From: an uncultured Woeseia sp.
Lineage (GTDB): Bacteria; Pseudomonadota; Gammaproteobacteria; Steroidobacterales; UBA11654
Reading direction: 5' to 3'
Assembly: GCA_964561815.1 (NCBI GenBank)
Contig: CAZLQT010000002.1
Coordinates: 1-37,885 of the forward strand
DNA: 37,885 nucleotides
Shown here piece by piece: positions 1 to 11,827 of this stretch (within the stretch, counting starts at the first letter, position 1; each line of letters opens with the position of its first letter). Both the position numbers and the translations under genes were made by a program. Below the pieces are notes generated by a model. That model saw only the letters and a list, made by a program, of their open reading frames with translations. It had not been told where the DNA came from and searched no databases.

Positions 1-552
1 TTCAGGGTCTCCTGCAAAAAAAGGATTGGTGCCGATAAAATCTTTTTCTTTTAACTCAACTAGGATTGGGCCTAGCTGACTAAGGTAGCCGTATATTTCC
101 ATTCCCAATCTTTCTTTGAGGTATTTTTTAGCTATTGCACCAGCAGCCACTCTCATTACAGTTTCTCTAGCTGATGACCTCCCCCCTCCACGATAATCTC
201 GAATACCGTATTTATGGTAATAGGAAAAATCTGCATGGCCTGGTCGAAATTTATCTTTGATCGCAGAATAATCTTTAGATTTCTGGTCAACATTACCAAC
301 CACTAAGTTAATAGGAGTACCAGTGGTTTTTCCCTCGAAGATTCCTGACATAATTTTTACTTGATCGGGTTCTTTTCGCTGCGATGTGAAGCGAGATGTT
401 CCGGGTCTTCGTTTCTCTAACTCTTGCTGAATATCTTCTTCTGAAAGCTCCATACCAGGAGGGCAGCCATCCACAATAGCTGCCATTCCGGGTCCATGAC
501 TTTCTCCAGAAGTGGTAACAGTAAACAGTTTTCCTATTGTATTCCCTGCCAT
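1..552 (-). CDS. aroC: chorismate synthase, N-terminal 184 codons (3' part runs off the window)
   Basis: Not in the ORF track because it is truncated. Hand translation of the minus strand from the ATG at 552-550 gives [81 protein letters not shown]...[29 protein letters not shown], a canonical AroC N-terminus. The frame stays open to position 1. It lies directly downstream of prmB, as in E. coli. Confidence 0.9.
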   Translation of the reverse strand, partial: MAGNTIGKLFTVTTSGESHGPGMAAIVDGCPPGMELSEEDIQQELEKRRPGTSRFTSQRKEPDQVKIMSGIFEGKTTGTPINLVVGNVDQKSKDYSAIKDKFRPGHADFSYYHKYGIRDYRGGGRSSARETVMRVAAGAIAKKYLKERLGMEIYGYLSQLGPILVELKEKDFIGTNPFFAGDPE

Positions 553-587
553 TTCATTCTCTTATCTAATTCTAATTGTATCGGATT

Positions 588-1481
588 CTAACTCAGATGT
601 TGTGCTTCTATAACCGCCACACCATCCCCTCCGTTTTCAAATGTTGCCCACATAAATGATAAATCCTCTGATTTCTCCAGTTCCTCTGCAGCAACACCCG
701 CCTCTACAACCAAAATACCCTTCTGATTTAGAAACGGAGGAGCATCTTGCAGTATTCTTGATATAAAATCCAGTCCCTTGTTGCCTGCTATCAGTGCTTG
801 GCGGGGCTCAAATGAATATTCAATAGGTAAATCTCTCATAACCTCCTCAGGCACATAAGGTGGGTTAGTAACAATTAAATCAAAGGTTCCTGAGATATTT
901 TCAAATAAATCAGAATGAACCAATTCAACTTTATCAACTAGATTTTTATCTTCTCTGTTCTTTCTGGCAACCTCTAAAGCTGGTGCAGAAATATCAGAAG
1001 CGACAACTTCTATTTCAGGAAATTCAATGGCCATGGATAGAGCAATGCAACCAGAACCTGTGCCAATTTCTAGAACTCTGCTTACTTTTTTCATATCAAT
1101 CCATGGTTGCATTTGATTCTGAATCATTTCAGCTATTGGAGATCTTGGAATCAGTACTCTCTCGTCAACAAAGAAGCGATGACCACAAAAATAGGCCTCT
1201 CCAGTTATGTAAGACATTGGCTTTCTGGTGTTGATTCTCTCTAATAGATGATTATTAATTCTAGAATACTCATCCAATGAAGGTTTTGATCCTAAGATTT
1301 CTTTACTCAGTGGATAATCAGACTTAAGAACAGAGAGGATAAGAGCTAATGCTTCATCTTTTGCATTAACAGAGCCATGACCATAAAATAGATCGCTACT
1401 ATCCAACAATAACTCCAATTCTACAAGGATACTGGAAATTGAAGAATTTACTGTTGATGTTTTTAAACCGATGTTTTTCAT
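588..1481 (-). CDS. prmB: 50S ribosomal protein L3 glutamine N5-methyltransferase
   Basis: 297-aa ORF with PrmB-type blocks FYGHG, FCGHRFFVDERVLIPRSPI, SAM motif LEIGTGSGCIA, catalytic NPPY and C-terminal FENGGDGV. Synteny with aroC is conserved. Confidence 0.8.
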   Translation of the reverse strand: MKNIGLKTSTVNSSISSILVELELLLDSSDLFYGHGSVNAKDEALALILSVLKSDYPLSKEILGSKPSLDEYSRINNHLLERINTRKPMSYITGEAYFCGHRFFVDERVLIPRSPIAEMIQNQMQPWIDMKKVSRVLEIGTGSGCIALSMAIEFPEIEVVASDISAPALEVARKNREDKNLVDKVELVHSDLFENISGTFDLIVTNPPYVPEEVMRDLPIEYSFEPRQALIAGNKGLDFISRILQDAPPFLNQKGILVVEAGVAAEELEKSEDLSFMWATFENGGDGVAVIEAQHLS

Positions 1482-1547
1482 TATTTTTCGATGTTACATT
1501 AGAACGCATAGACATAGAAACTTGAGACTATCAATAATTTAATATTT

Positions 1548-2327
1548 ATGAGCCCGATGAGCCTAGTTCAAAACTTTTTTCAATATTTGATTCTAAGAGT
1601 TTCGAGGATCAAAGCAAGATTTGTAAAAAATCTATTCATCAATATTTTTAAGGCCCGCTATAAAATCAGTCTTGAAGAATTCGCTAGGAAAAATGTGAAT
1701 GAGTATTCCTCTTTTAATGACTTTTTTACCAGAGAATTTGAAACTGGTTCTAGGCCTATTGATGAAACTGAAAATACCATAGTCTCTCCTGTGGATGGAA
1801 AAATTTTGGAGTCCGGGAGGGTTAGTGATGGGAAACTTTTCCAACTCAAGAACATGGACTACAACCTCAGTGATTTGTTAAATAATGATCTTGAATTAAT
1901 CCAAGCTTTCAAAAATGCCTTCTACATAACAATATACTTAGCACCGAATAACTATCATCGCGTTCATCTCCCTTATCAAGGAAAACTTCTGCATAATCAG
2001 ATAATAGGTGGAAAGACTTATAAAGTTAATGAGCAAGCTTTGAAAAAAATTAATGCTTTGTATACAAAAAATGTGAGACAGATAACTCAATTTGAGAGCA
2101 GTAAATTGAATCTTTGCATGATTATGGTTGGGGCAATGAATGTCTCCTCAATATCAATCACGGATAAAGACAAAAACATCTACAAGAAAGGTGAGGAATT
2201 CGCTCGTTTTAACCTTGGTTCTACCGTCTTAATGTTATTCCCTGGCTCAGGAAATATAAAATTCCCTGATCACATAAAATTTGGCGAACAAATAAAATTA
2301 GGTGAATGCATTGCAAAATTTAGATAA
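1548..2327 (+). CDS. psd: phosphatidylserine decarboxylase proenzyme
   Basis: 259-aa ORF with FNDFFTRE near the N-terminus, YHRVH, and the LGST self-cleavage motif (RFNLGSTVLMLF) near the C-terminus. Confidence 0.9.
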   Translation: MSPMSLVQNFFQYLILRVSRIKARFVKNLFINIFKARYKISLEEFARKNVNEYSSFNDFFTREFETGSRPIDETENTIVSPVDGKILESGRVSDGKLFQLKNMDYNLSDLLNNDLELIQAFKNAFYITIYLAPNNYHRVHLPYQGKLLHNQIIGGKTYKVNEQALKKINALYTKNVRQITQFESSKLNLCMIMVGAMNVSSISITDKDKNIYKKGEEFARFNLGSTVLMLFPGSGNIKFPDHIKFGEQIKLGECIAKFR

Positions 2328-2351
2328 ATTAAATCCATAGGGGGATTTTAT

Positions 2352-2471
2352 ATGGAAGCAATGATTATAGTTTTGATTGTCGTTGTGATTTTCTTGGTTC
2401 GTTCCTTTAAGTATTTCAGTAAACGAAGTTCACCGTCAGAAGATCATGACAAAAAGGACGGCAATAATTAG
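2352..2471 (+). CDS. hypothetical 39-aa single-pass membrane protein (MEAMIIVLIVVVIFLVRSFKYFSKRSSPSEDHDKKDGNN)
   Basis: Hand-found and below the ORF-track cutoff. The ATG is preceded by AGGGGA with a 6-nt spacer. It has a hydrophobic helix followed by a charged tail and lies 24 nt downstream of the psd stop. I recognise no family. Confidence 0.35.
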   Translation: MEAMIIVLIVVVIFLVRSFKYFSKRSSPSEDHDKKDGNN

Positions 2472-2562
2472 AAGGGAGAAAAGATGTTCTGGATCCCAAA
2501 TATACTTAGGATAATCATTAAAACAACTAGAAAATAATAGATAAACTTCTGTTCCATCGGTC

Positions 2563-3129
2563 TTATTTTACTCTCGATAAATATTCACCTGTTCGTGTAT
2601 CGACCCTAATAAGTTCACCTTCATCAATAAATAAAGGAACTTTTATGGTCGCTCCGGTTGCAATTTCAGCAGGCTTTACTCCACCTTGAGCAGTGTCCCC
2701 TCTCAAACCTGGTTCTGTTTTAGTTACCTTAACCTCAATATTATTAGGTGGTTCAACAGAAATTGCTTGCCCATTCCAAAGTGTGACATTGCAATTAGCC
2801 TCCTCTGTTAACCAGTTCTTTATCTCTTCTATTGTCTTTTCTGAAATTGCTAATTGATCGTAGGTTTCATTATCCATAAAGTGCCAACTCTGTCCGTCAT
2901 TATATAGATATTGCATTTCTCGAATATTAACATCGGCAGCTTCCAAACTGACTCCAATCTTAACGGTTTTTTCTAAGATTCTGCCGTTTTTAAGATTTTT
3001 TAACTTTAATTTATTAAATGCCTGGCCCTTACCTGGTTTATGAAATCCCGACTCCACAATACTGAATGGCTCGCCATCGATTAGGACCTTTAAACCATTC
3101 TTAAAATCAGCACTGCTGTATGCAACCAT
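2563..3129 (-). CDS. efp: elongation factor P
   Basis: 188 aa. The N-terminus MVAYSSADFKNG and the loop HKPGKGQAF are of the E. coli Lys34 type. The length is canonical. Confidence 0.95.
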   Translation of the reverse strand: MVAYSSADFKNGLKVLIDGEPFSIVESGFHKPGKGQAFNKLKLKNLKNGRILEKTVKIGVSLEAADVNIREMQYLYNDGQSWHFMDNETYDQLAISEKTIEEIKNWLTEEANCNVTLWNGQAISVEPPNNIEVKVTKTEPGLRGDTAQGGVKPAEIATGATIKVPLFIDEGELIRVDTRTGEYLSRVK

Positions 3130-3143
3130 TGGTATTCTCTCTT

Positions 3144-5435
3144 TTATTTAGGTTCAATTTCTAAACGATCAATTTTCTTAAACGGTGGCACGGCCCTTCC
3201 TCTCTTCCCTCGCTCACTGATATAGTGATCAAATTCATCAGGTCTAATAATTTTTGGTTTTTTGCCACTATAAACTCTAATCGAGTCATCTTCATTTATA
3301 ACTAAAACGGAAACAAGCTCCTCTTTGCCTGATTTAAATTTCTTAGGCGGTATTCCAATTATTTTAAGGCCCTTGCCTTTAGTCATTTCCATTAATTGAT
3401 TGGCCGGGAAAATTAATAATTTACCAATTGAATTAGCAGCCACAACGAAAGTTTTTTTCGGATAACCGGCACTTGATGCGTTAGAAGGTATTAAGACTTT
3501 TGCACCAGGTGAAACTCGAAGACAAGCCTTGCCTTTACGGTTTTTGCTATAGAGATCCTCCAATTTTACAAAAAACCCATAGCCATTGCTTGAAGCCAGT
3601 AACCAATGTGTTTCTGGGTTCCCTGACATAACACCAGAAAAAGCAGAACCGTCAGGTGGATTAAGACGACTTGATAATGGTTCTCCTTGACTTCTGGCAG
3701 AAGGGAGTGAGTCCGCTACCAAGCTGTAAACCCTTCCAGTGCTGTCGATAAAGACAGCAAACTGGTTGCTTCGACCAGGAACAGAGTGCAAATAACCATC
3801 GCCTGCTTTATAGTTCAATGACTCAGGTTCCTCGACCGTCCCTTTTGCAGCCCTGACCCATCCACTCTGCGATAAGATAACAGTCACTGGATCACTGCTA
3901 GCAAGCTGAGTTTGATCAAGTGCTTGTGAGACCGATGCAGATTCGTTGAGTTTAGATCTTCGGTCGTCCCCATATTCCTTTGCGTCCTTAGCGATTTCTT
4001 TTTGAATCAATTCATTTATTTTTTTCTTGCTCTTAAGAATCTTACTGAGTGTATTTTGCTCCTTCTCGAGATCAGATTTTTCAATCAATATCTTTTCTTC
4101 CTCTAATTTTGCTAAATTTTTTAATCTCAGATTTAAAATTGAATCAGCTTGAACTTCTGTCAACTTAAACTTCTTCATCAATTTTTCTTTGGGTTTGTCC
4201 TCCTCTCTAATAATTCTTATCACTTCATCAATATTCAGATAAACAACCATTAGGCCTTCCAGGATATGAAGTCTTGATTCAACTTCATCCAATCGATATT
4301 GGAGCCTTCTTCTAACTGTCTCTGTCCTAAATGACAGCCATTCACTAAGGAGTGTCTTAAGATCACAAACCTTTGGTTTGCCGTCCACACCAATGATGTT
4401 CATGTTGACCCTAATATTTTTCTCTAAGTCAGTCGTTGCAAATAAATGGCTCATTAATTCATCCACATTGACTCTCGAAGATTTAGGTGTCAGTGAAATA
4501 CGAATGGGAGTTTCATGATCTGATTCATCATTAATATCAGTCAATAAGGGTAACTTTTTATCTTTCATTTGCGTTGCGATTTGCTCAATAATCTTATTGC
4601 CTGAGACCTGGTAAGGTAACTCATAAATCACAATTCTGTTTTTTTCTTTTTTATAACTAGCCCTAATCTTTATTGATCCATTGCCAGTTTTGTACATGTT
4701 CTTTATTTCTTCTGGTGAAGTTATTATTTCTCCGCCAGATGGAAAATCAGGGCCTTGAAAATTCTTTCCTAAGCGAATCAACTGGCCTATAGAAATTTCA
4801 GGATTTTTTAATATTTTTTCCAACAAATAAGCAATTTCCTTAATATTATGTGGAGGAATATCCGTTGACATTCCTACAGCAATACCTGTCACTCCGTTTA
4901 AAATTAAGTTTGGTAATCGGGCTGGAAGAAAAGCAGGCTCATTTAGTGTGCCATCAAAGTTCAATTTCCAATCAACCGTGCCTTGACCTAGCTCAGTGAG
5001 CATAAGTTTTGTATAGGCACTAAGTTTTGCCTCTGTGTATCGCATTGCAGCAAAAGATTTAGGGTCATCGTAGGAACCCCAATTACCTTGACCAATAATC
5101 ATTGGATAACGATATGAAAAATCTTGTGCCATATTAACCATTGCTTCATAACATGCTGTATCTCCATGAGGATGATATTTTCCAAGAACATCTCCTACGG
5201 TCCTAGCTGATTTCTTAGGTTTAGACTGTGCTGAAAGACCAAGTTCTGACATCGCATATATAATTCTTCTTTGAACCGGTTTTAAGCCATCGCCTATAAA
5301 CGGAAGTGCTCTATCTAGAATCACATACATGGAATAATTAAGGTAAGCCTTTTCGACGAATTCACTTACAGGCTGAACGGATGAATCATTACCACCTGAT
5401 GTTTTTTTAAAATCCATTTCTTCTTGCTTGCCCAT
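3144..5435 (-). CDS. parC: DNA topoisomerase IV subunit A
   Basis: 763 aa with [24 protein letters not shown] and the active-site Tyr context AAMRYTE. The size matches ParC rather than GyrA. Its ATG shares one base with the parE stop (TAATG). Confidence 0.9.
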   Translation of the reverse strand: MGKQEEMDFKKTSGGNDSSVQPVSEFVEKAYLNYSMYVILDRALPFIGDGLKPVQRRIIYAMSELGLSAQSKPKKSARTVGDVLGKYHPHGDTACYEAMVNMAQDFSYRYPMIIGQGNWGSYDDPKSFAAMRYTEAKLSAYTKLMLTELGQGTVDWKLNFDGTLNEPAFLPARLPNLILNGVTGIAVGMSTDIPPHNIKEIAYLLEKILKNPEISIGQLIRLGKNFQGPDFPSGGEIITSPEEIKNMYKTGNGSIKIRASYKKEKNRIVIYELPYQVSGNKIIEQIATQMKDKKLPLLTDINDESDHETPIRISLTPKSSRVNVDELMSHLFATTDLEKNIRVNMNIIGVDGKPKVCDLKTLLSEWLSFRTETVRRRLQYRLDEVESRLHILEGLMVVYLNIDEVIRIIREEDKPKEKLMKKFKLTEVQADSILNLRLKNLAKLEEEKILIEKSDLEKEQNTLSKILKSKKKINELIQKEIAKDAKEYGDDRRSKLNESASVSQALDQTQLASSDPVTVILSQSGWVRAAKGTVEEPESLNYKAGDGYLHSVPGRSNQFAVFIDSTGRVYSLVADSLPSARSQGEPLSSRLNPPDGSAFSGVMSGNPETHWLLASSNGYGFFVKLEDLYSKNRKGKACLRVSPGAKVLIPSNASSAGYPKKTFVVAANSIGKLLIFPANQLMEMTKGKGLKIIGIPPKKFKSGKEELVSVLVINEDDSIRVYSGKKPKIIRPDEFDHYISERGKRGRAVPPFKKIDRLEIEPK

Positions 5436-7324
5436 TATTGTATCTCTGCTAAATTACCTTTTTCTTGAAGCCAGTCCCTTCGATCAGTGTAGCGTTTTTT
5501 AGCCATAAGCTTATCCATCAACTCATTTGTCTGACTCTCATCTTCTATTGTTAATCTAACCAGTCGTCTAGACTTTTCTAACATGGTTGTTTCCCTAAGC
5601 TGTATCGGGCTCATTTCTCCGAGTCCTTTGAATCTAGTAACTGTAACCTTAGCTTTGGATTTCTTTTTCTCAATTGCCTTAAGATGATCATCTTTTTCAT
5701 CTTCATCCAAAGCATAAAAAACCTCTTTACCAACATCAATCCTATATAGCGGTGGCATAGAAACGTAAACATGGCCATCTTCTACTAATTTTTTAAAATG
5801 TTTAACAAACAAGGCGCAGATAAGTGTCGCTATATGCAGGCCATCTGAATCGGCATCTGCTAGGATGCAAATTTTATGGTATCTAAGATTAACCAAATCT
5901 ACAGCTGATGGTTCAACCCCGAGAGCTTGCGAAATATTACTGATCTCCTGTGAAGATAAAAGATTAGACTCTTCAACTTCCCAGCTATTTAAAATCTTGC
6001 CTCTGAGTGGAAGAATAGCCTGATATTTCCGATCTCTTGCCTGCTTTGCCGAACCTCCGGCAGAATCACCTTCGACAATAAAGAGTTCACATAGATCAGG
6101 TTCGTCGCTAGTGCAATCTGCCAATTTCCCAGGCAAGGTTGGTCCTCCTGTGGCTTTCTTTCTTTTGACCTTGACGGTCTTTTTTGCTCGCTTTTGAGCA
6201 TTCTCAACAGCTCTGGCAACAATCTGATCTCCTGCCTCAGAGTGCTGATTTAACCAAAGAGTAAATGCGTCCTTGATAACGTTTGAGACCAAACTTGTGA
6301 CTGCCCTCGAGCTTAATTTTTCCTTGGTTTGACCTGAAAATTGTGGTTCTTCAAGCCTTACCGATAAAATATAACTTAAACCCAACCAAACATCCTCAGG
6401 AGAAAGTTTTACCCCTCTAGGAAGAAGGTTTCTGTAATCCGCAAACTCTTTAACCGAATCCGACAACCCAGATCTAAATCCAGCAACATGAGTCCCACCT
6501 GCTTTGGTTGGAATCAGATTTACATATGATTCTTGAATACCTTCATGATCATCTTGAGGCCAGGTCAGACTCCATTCAATTTCTAATTTATCGTTCTGGC
6601 TGTTTCCAAAAAAAGGATCATGTGGAACACAAGGGGTATCTCCTAAAACTTCTGACAAGTATTCATTAGCCCCTTCCTTGTAAAGCCATTCAAGCTTCTC
6701 GTTTGTCTGCTCATCATGAAACTTAATTTTTAACCCAGGGCATAACACAGCCTTGGCTCTTAGGTTATGTTTTAGGTCTTTAACCTTTATTTCTGAACCA
6801 TCAAAGTACTTCTCATTAGGCCAGAAACGAATGGTTGTTCCTGTATTGGTTTTCCCTACTTTATCAACCACCTCAAGCTCTGATGATCTTTCACCGTCCT
6901 TAAAGCTTAGGTTGTATTCGTGCCCTTGACGCTTGATCCAAACCTCTAGATTTTTTGACAAAGCATTAACAACAGAAACACCAACGCCATGAAGCCCTCC
7001 AGAAAATTTATAGCTTTTATTAGAGAACTTAGCACCTGCATGCAATCGGGTTAAAATTAATTCTACAGCTGGAACTTTTTCTTCTGGATGATCATCAACC
7101 GGCATTCCGCGGCCATCATCTTTCACCTGAACTGATCCGTCTTTGAATAAATTAACATGAATTGACTTGCAGTGTCCTGCAATGGCTTCATCAACGCTAT
7201 TATCAATTACTTCATAGGCTAAGTGATTTGGGCAATCGGTGTCAGTGTACATGCCCGGTCGCTTTTGAACCGGTTCTAACCCACTAAGAACTTCAATATC
7301 TGAAGCGTTATATTCTTTTGCCAT
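5435..7324 (-). CDS. parE: DNA topoisomerase IV subunit B
   Basis: 629 aa with GHKL ATPase blocks (GLHGVG), Toprim EGDSAGG and PLRGKILN. It lacks the roughly 170-aa insert of gammaproteobacterial GyrB, so it is ParE. Confidence 0.9.
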   Translation of the reverse strand: MAKEYNASDIEVLSGLEPVQKRPGMYTDTDCPNHLAYEVIDNSVDEAIAGHCKSIHVNLFKDGSVQVKDDGRGMPVDDHPEEKVPAVELILTRLHAGAKFSNKSYKFSGGLHGVGVSVVNALSKNLEVWIKRQGHEYNLSFKDGERSSELEVVDKVGKTNTGTTIRFWPNEKYFDGSEIKVKDLKHNLRAKAVLCPGLKIKFHDEQTNEKLEWLYKEGANEYLSEVLGDTPCVPHDPFFGNSQNDKLEIEWSLTWPQDDHEGIQESYVNLIPTKAGGTHVAGFRSGLSDSVKEFADYRNLLPRGVKLSPEDVWLGLSYILSVRLEEPQFSGQTKEKLSSRAVTSLVSNVIKDAFTLWLNQHSEAGDQIVARAVENAQKRAKKTVKVKRKKATGGPTLPGKLADCTSDEPDLCELFIVEGDSAGGSAKQARDRKYQAILPLRGKILNSWEVEESNLLSSQEISNISQALGVEPSAVDLVNLRYHKICILADADSDGLHIATLICALFVKHFKKLVEDGHVYVSMPPLYRIDVGKEVFYALDEDEKDDHLKAIEKKKSKAKVTVTRFKGLGEMSPIQLRETTMLEKSRRLVRLTIEDESQTNELMDKLMAKKRYTDRRDWLQEKGNLAEIQ

Positions 7325-7431
7325 GGTCCTTCATTATTCTTGAGAAGTGAGGTTGAATCAAGGGCATTATCACTGTTTATGCGGGCATTCTATCATAGGC
7401 ACAGCAGTAGAGTATTATTTTATAATAAGAG

Positions 7432-7460
7432 AAAGGGGCTGCATTGCTGCTAGCCCCTTT
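7432..7460 (-). terminator. intrinsic terminator hairpin downstream of katG (could act in both directions)
   Basis: AAAGGGGCT (7432-7440) and AGCCCCTTT (7452-7460) are perfect reverse complements, giving a 9-bp stem and an 11-nt loop. The hairpin starts 22 nt after the katG stop. It is followed by TTTCTCTTATT on the minus strand and TTTATATTTTTTT on the plus strand. Confidence 0.55.
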
Positions 7461-7481
7461 ATATTTTTTTAACTTCTTAAG

Positions 7482-9654
<2,173 letters not shown>

Positions 9655-9711
9655 TTTTATCTAAAAATCTCAAAATGAACAATATTAAAGCACCCTATTT
9701 CGCTATAATTA

Positions 9712-9951
9712 ATGCTTATGAGTCCAGCTAAAAAAAACGCGAAAAGTATAGAATCAAGATTAAGCGAACTTGAAACTATTCTGGAAGAACTTGAGTCAGG
9801 TGACCTTGAGCTAGATCAAGCCCTGAAGAAGTTTGAACAAGGCGTGAAACTTTCAAGAGAATGCCAAAAAACCTTAGAAGATGCTGAACTGAAAATAAAA
9901 ATTCTAATGGACAATGAGTTAAAAGAGACGGACGAAAATTTAGATCAATAA
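9712..9951 (+). CDS. xseB: exodeoxyribonuclease VII small subunit
   Basis: 79 aa with the XseB helical-hairpin signature LSELETILEELESGDLELDQALKKFEQGVKLSRECQ. The true start may be the second ATG at 9718 (MSPAKKN). Confidence 0.85.
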   Translation: MLMSPAKKNAKSIESRLSELETILEELESGDLELDQALKKFEQGVKLSRECQKTLEDAELKIKILMDNELKETDENLDQ

Positions 9952-10422
9952 ATACTTCAGGACTAAGATTATAATTATTGAGTAAATTGCAGCTACGATA
10001 TCATCAGCCATTATTCCAAAAGCATTCTTATACTTTTTCTCAATTTTTTTAATTGGATAGGGTTTAGAAATATCAAAAAACCGGAAGATTAAAAACGCTG
10101 CAATAGCCCATTTTGGGTCTGGTGGTATGAAATGTACAACCAACATCATCGCTAGTACTTCATCGATAACAATTTCTTGGTGATCCTTGGTGCCTATTTC
10201 TTTTAACGACTGATTGACAATAAAAGTTCCAATCATTAACAACAATACTAAAAGAATAAATCCATTTACGCTGGCGTATGAGAAATGTGCGAAGAAGATA
10301 TATAAGCATAGCCCTAAGCCGCTCCCCAAGGTGCCTGGCGCAAAAGGAATTAAGCCAATACCAAACCCAGTTGATAACAATAAATACGGGCTCTTTATTA
10401 CTCTTTTATAATCAATACTCAT
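9940..10422 (-). CDS. pgpA: phosphatidylglycerophosphatase A
   Basis: 160-aa membrane protein with GFGIGLIPFAPGTLGS and FRFFDISKPYPI blocks. It follows thiL, the usual gammaproteobacterial position. Its 3' end overlaps the xseB 3' end by 12 nt. Confidence 0.85.
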   Translation of the reverse strand: MSIDYKRVIKSPYLLLSTGFGIGLIPFAPGTLGSGLGLCLYIFFAHFSYASVNGFILLVLLLMIGTFIVNQSLKEIGTKDHQEIVIDEVLAMMLVVHFIPPDPKWAIAAFLIFRFFDISKPYPIKKIEKKYKNAFGIMADDIVAAIYSIIIILVLKYLLI

Positions 10423-10429
10423 CTTTTAT

Positions 10430-11377
10430 CTAAAAATGCTCAAATATCTCATTAGGTAAATCATAATTTTTATCTCCTAAGGTTAACACCTCGTTCGATC
10501 CTTTAATTTCTCCCACGCATGAAAAAGCTAAGCTAGTCTCTGAGGATAATTCATCCAAGAATTGAGACTCTAGATGAGGTGGGATAGTAAAACACAATTC
10601 ATAATCATCCCCACCTAATAGAGCATATTTGACAGACTTATTTAGGGTTAATTCTTTAGTTAAATTTTCATCAATTGGCAATTGTGAAACGTCTACCTCA
10701 AACCCCAAACCGGTTTGAGTTGAGATTTTCCTTAAATCAATAAAAAAACCGTCAGATATATCAATCATAGCGGTGGCATATTTAGCAATTAAAATGCCTT
10801 CATTGTTTCTTGGCTTGGGGTAAAGAAAAGCATCGGTAAAATTATTCTTTAACTCAGAATTGTTATTTTTGATTAATTCTAAACCGTAAGCTGCTGACCC
10901 AAGAGATCCTGAAACAAAAATTAAATCGCCAACTTTTGCTCCTGTTCGAGTTATGTATTGATCTTTTTCAACATAACCTTGTAATGAAACAGCAAAAAAC
11001 TCAGGCCCTCGAAGAGTATCGCCGCCAATTAAAGAAATATTATTCTGGTTGGCAATACCTGAAAACCCTTTAACAAAACCCTTGATCCAATCGGGATTAA
11101 TGCTAGGGATACTAAAAACTAGATTTGCCCATCTTGCGACTCCGCCCATTGCTGCAATATCGCTCAGATTAACTGCTAGAGATCGATACCCAATAGCCTC
11201 TGCTTCTATTCCAGCTGGATAATGCACATCCACTGAAATGGCATCAGTCACTGTGACCATTTGCTTAGTATGATCTAAGTCAATTATTGCGCCATCATCT
11301 CCAATGGATAAAGAAACATCTGCCTGAGATTGATGTATTGAGCCTTTTAAAGCATCAATAATATCGACCTCTTTCAC
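10430..11377 (-). CDS. thiL: thiamine-monophosphate kinase
   Basis: 315 aa of the AIR-synthase-like fold with SIGDDGAI, DISDGF and GGDDYEL motifs. Synteny is nusB-thiL-pgpA. Confidence 0.85.
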   Translation of the reverse strand: MKEVDIIDALKGSIHQSQADVSLSIGDDGAIIDLDHTKQMVTVTDAISVDVHYPAGIEAEAIGYRSLAVNLSDIAAMGGVARWANLVFSIPSINPDWIKGFVKGFSGIANQNNISLIGGDTLRGPEFFAVSLQGYVEKDQYITRTGAKVGDLIFVSGSLGSAAYGLELIKNNNSELKNNFTDAFLYPKPRNNEGILIAKYATAMIDISDGFFIDLRKISTQTGLGFEVDVSQLPIDENLTKELTLNKSVKYALLGGDDYELCFTIPPHLESQFLDELSSETSLAFSCVGEIKGSNEVLTLGDKNYDLPNEIFEHF

Positions 11378-11827
11378 TTATTTTCCTTTCTGAGATTGAG
11401 AACTCTGGAATGAGTCAATTACAGCATTAACATATTGGTAACTTCCTTCGGCTCCAAAAAGTTTAGCTAATTCAACAGCCTCATTAATTACCACAGGGAC
11501 AGGAACATCGGAATGAAATAAAATCTCGCATGCTGCTATCCAGATAATTACTTTCTCAACTGGATTGATTTGTTCAATGGAACGATCAAAATGAACTGTA
11601 GTTAGTTCTTCAATCTTTTGCTGATTCTCAATAACTTCATTCAGTAAAATTTCAAAATATTCCTGATCTATACGAGTGTACTCTTTTCTATTTCTTGACT
11701 GTTTGAGAAGATTATCGAGAGTATCATCATTCATTAAACGCTGATAAATAACCTGCAAAAGCAATTGCCTTGAGCCTGTTCTGCCTTTACCTGAAAATTG
11801 TTCATTTTTATCTATCTTTATATTCAT
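11378..11827 (-). CDS. nusB: transcription antitermination factor NusB
   Basis: 149 aa with the NusB pattern RQLLLQVIYQ...INEAVELAKLFG. Synteny is conserved. Confidence 0.9.
   Translation of the reverse strand: MNIKIDKNEQFSGKGRTGSRQLLLQVIYQRLMNDDTLDNLLKQSRNRKEYTRIDQEYFEILLNEVIENQQKIEELTTVHFDRSIEQINPVEKVIIWIAACEILFHSDVPVPVVINEAVELAKLFGAEGSYQYVNAVIDSFQSSQSQKGK

Noticed and set aside
5435-5435. parE stop and parC start share a base (TAATG), and the two topoisomerase IV genes are adjacent, unlike in E. coli.
   Set aside because: This is ordinary translational coupling of two subunits of one enzyme. It is a plausible consequence of genome streamlining and is not an anomaly needing a new explanation.
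983-6222. Miscellaneous short track ORFs inside prmB, psd and parE (983-1234 +, 1632-1855 -, 5989-6222 -). The same reasoning applies to similar short ORFs inside ribF, ribB, ribE, ribD, nrdR, glyA, purL, the sulfatase, UbiD, the His-rich gene, PhzF, the carboxyltransferase and the ACAD genes.
   Set aside because: All lie within, and out of frame or antisense to, well-supported conserved genes. All have unstructured, low-complexity translations.
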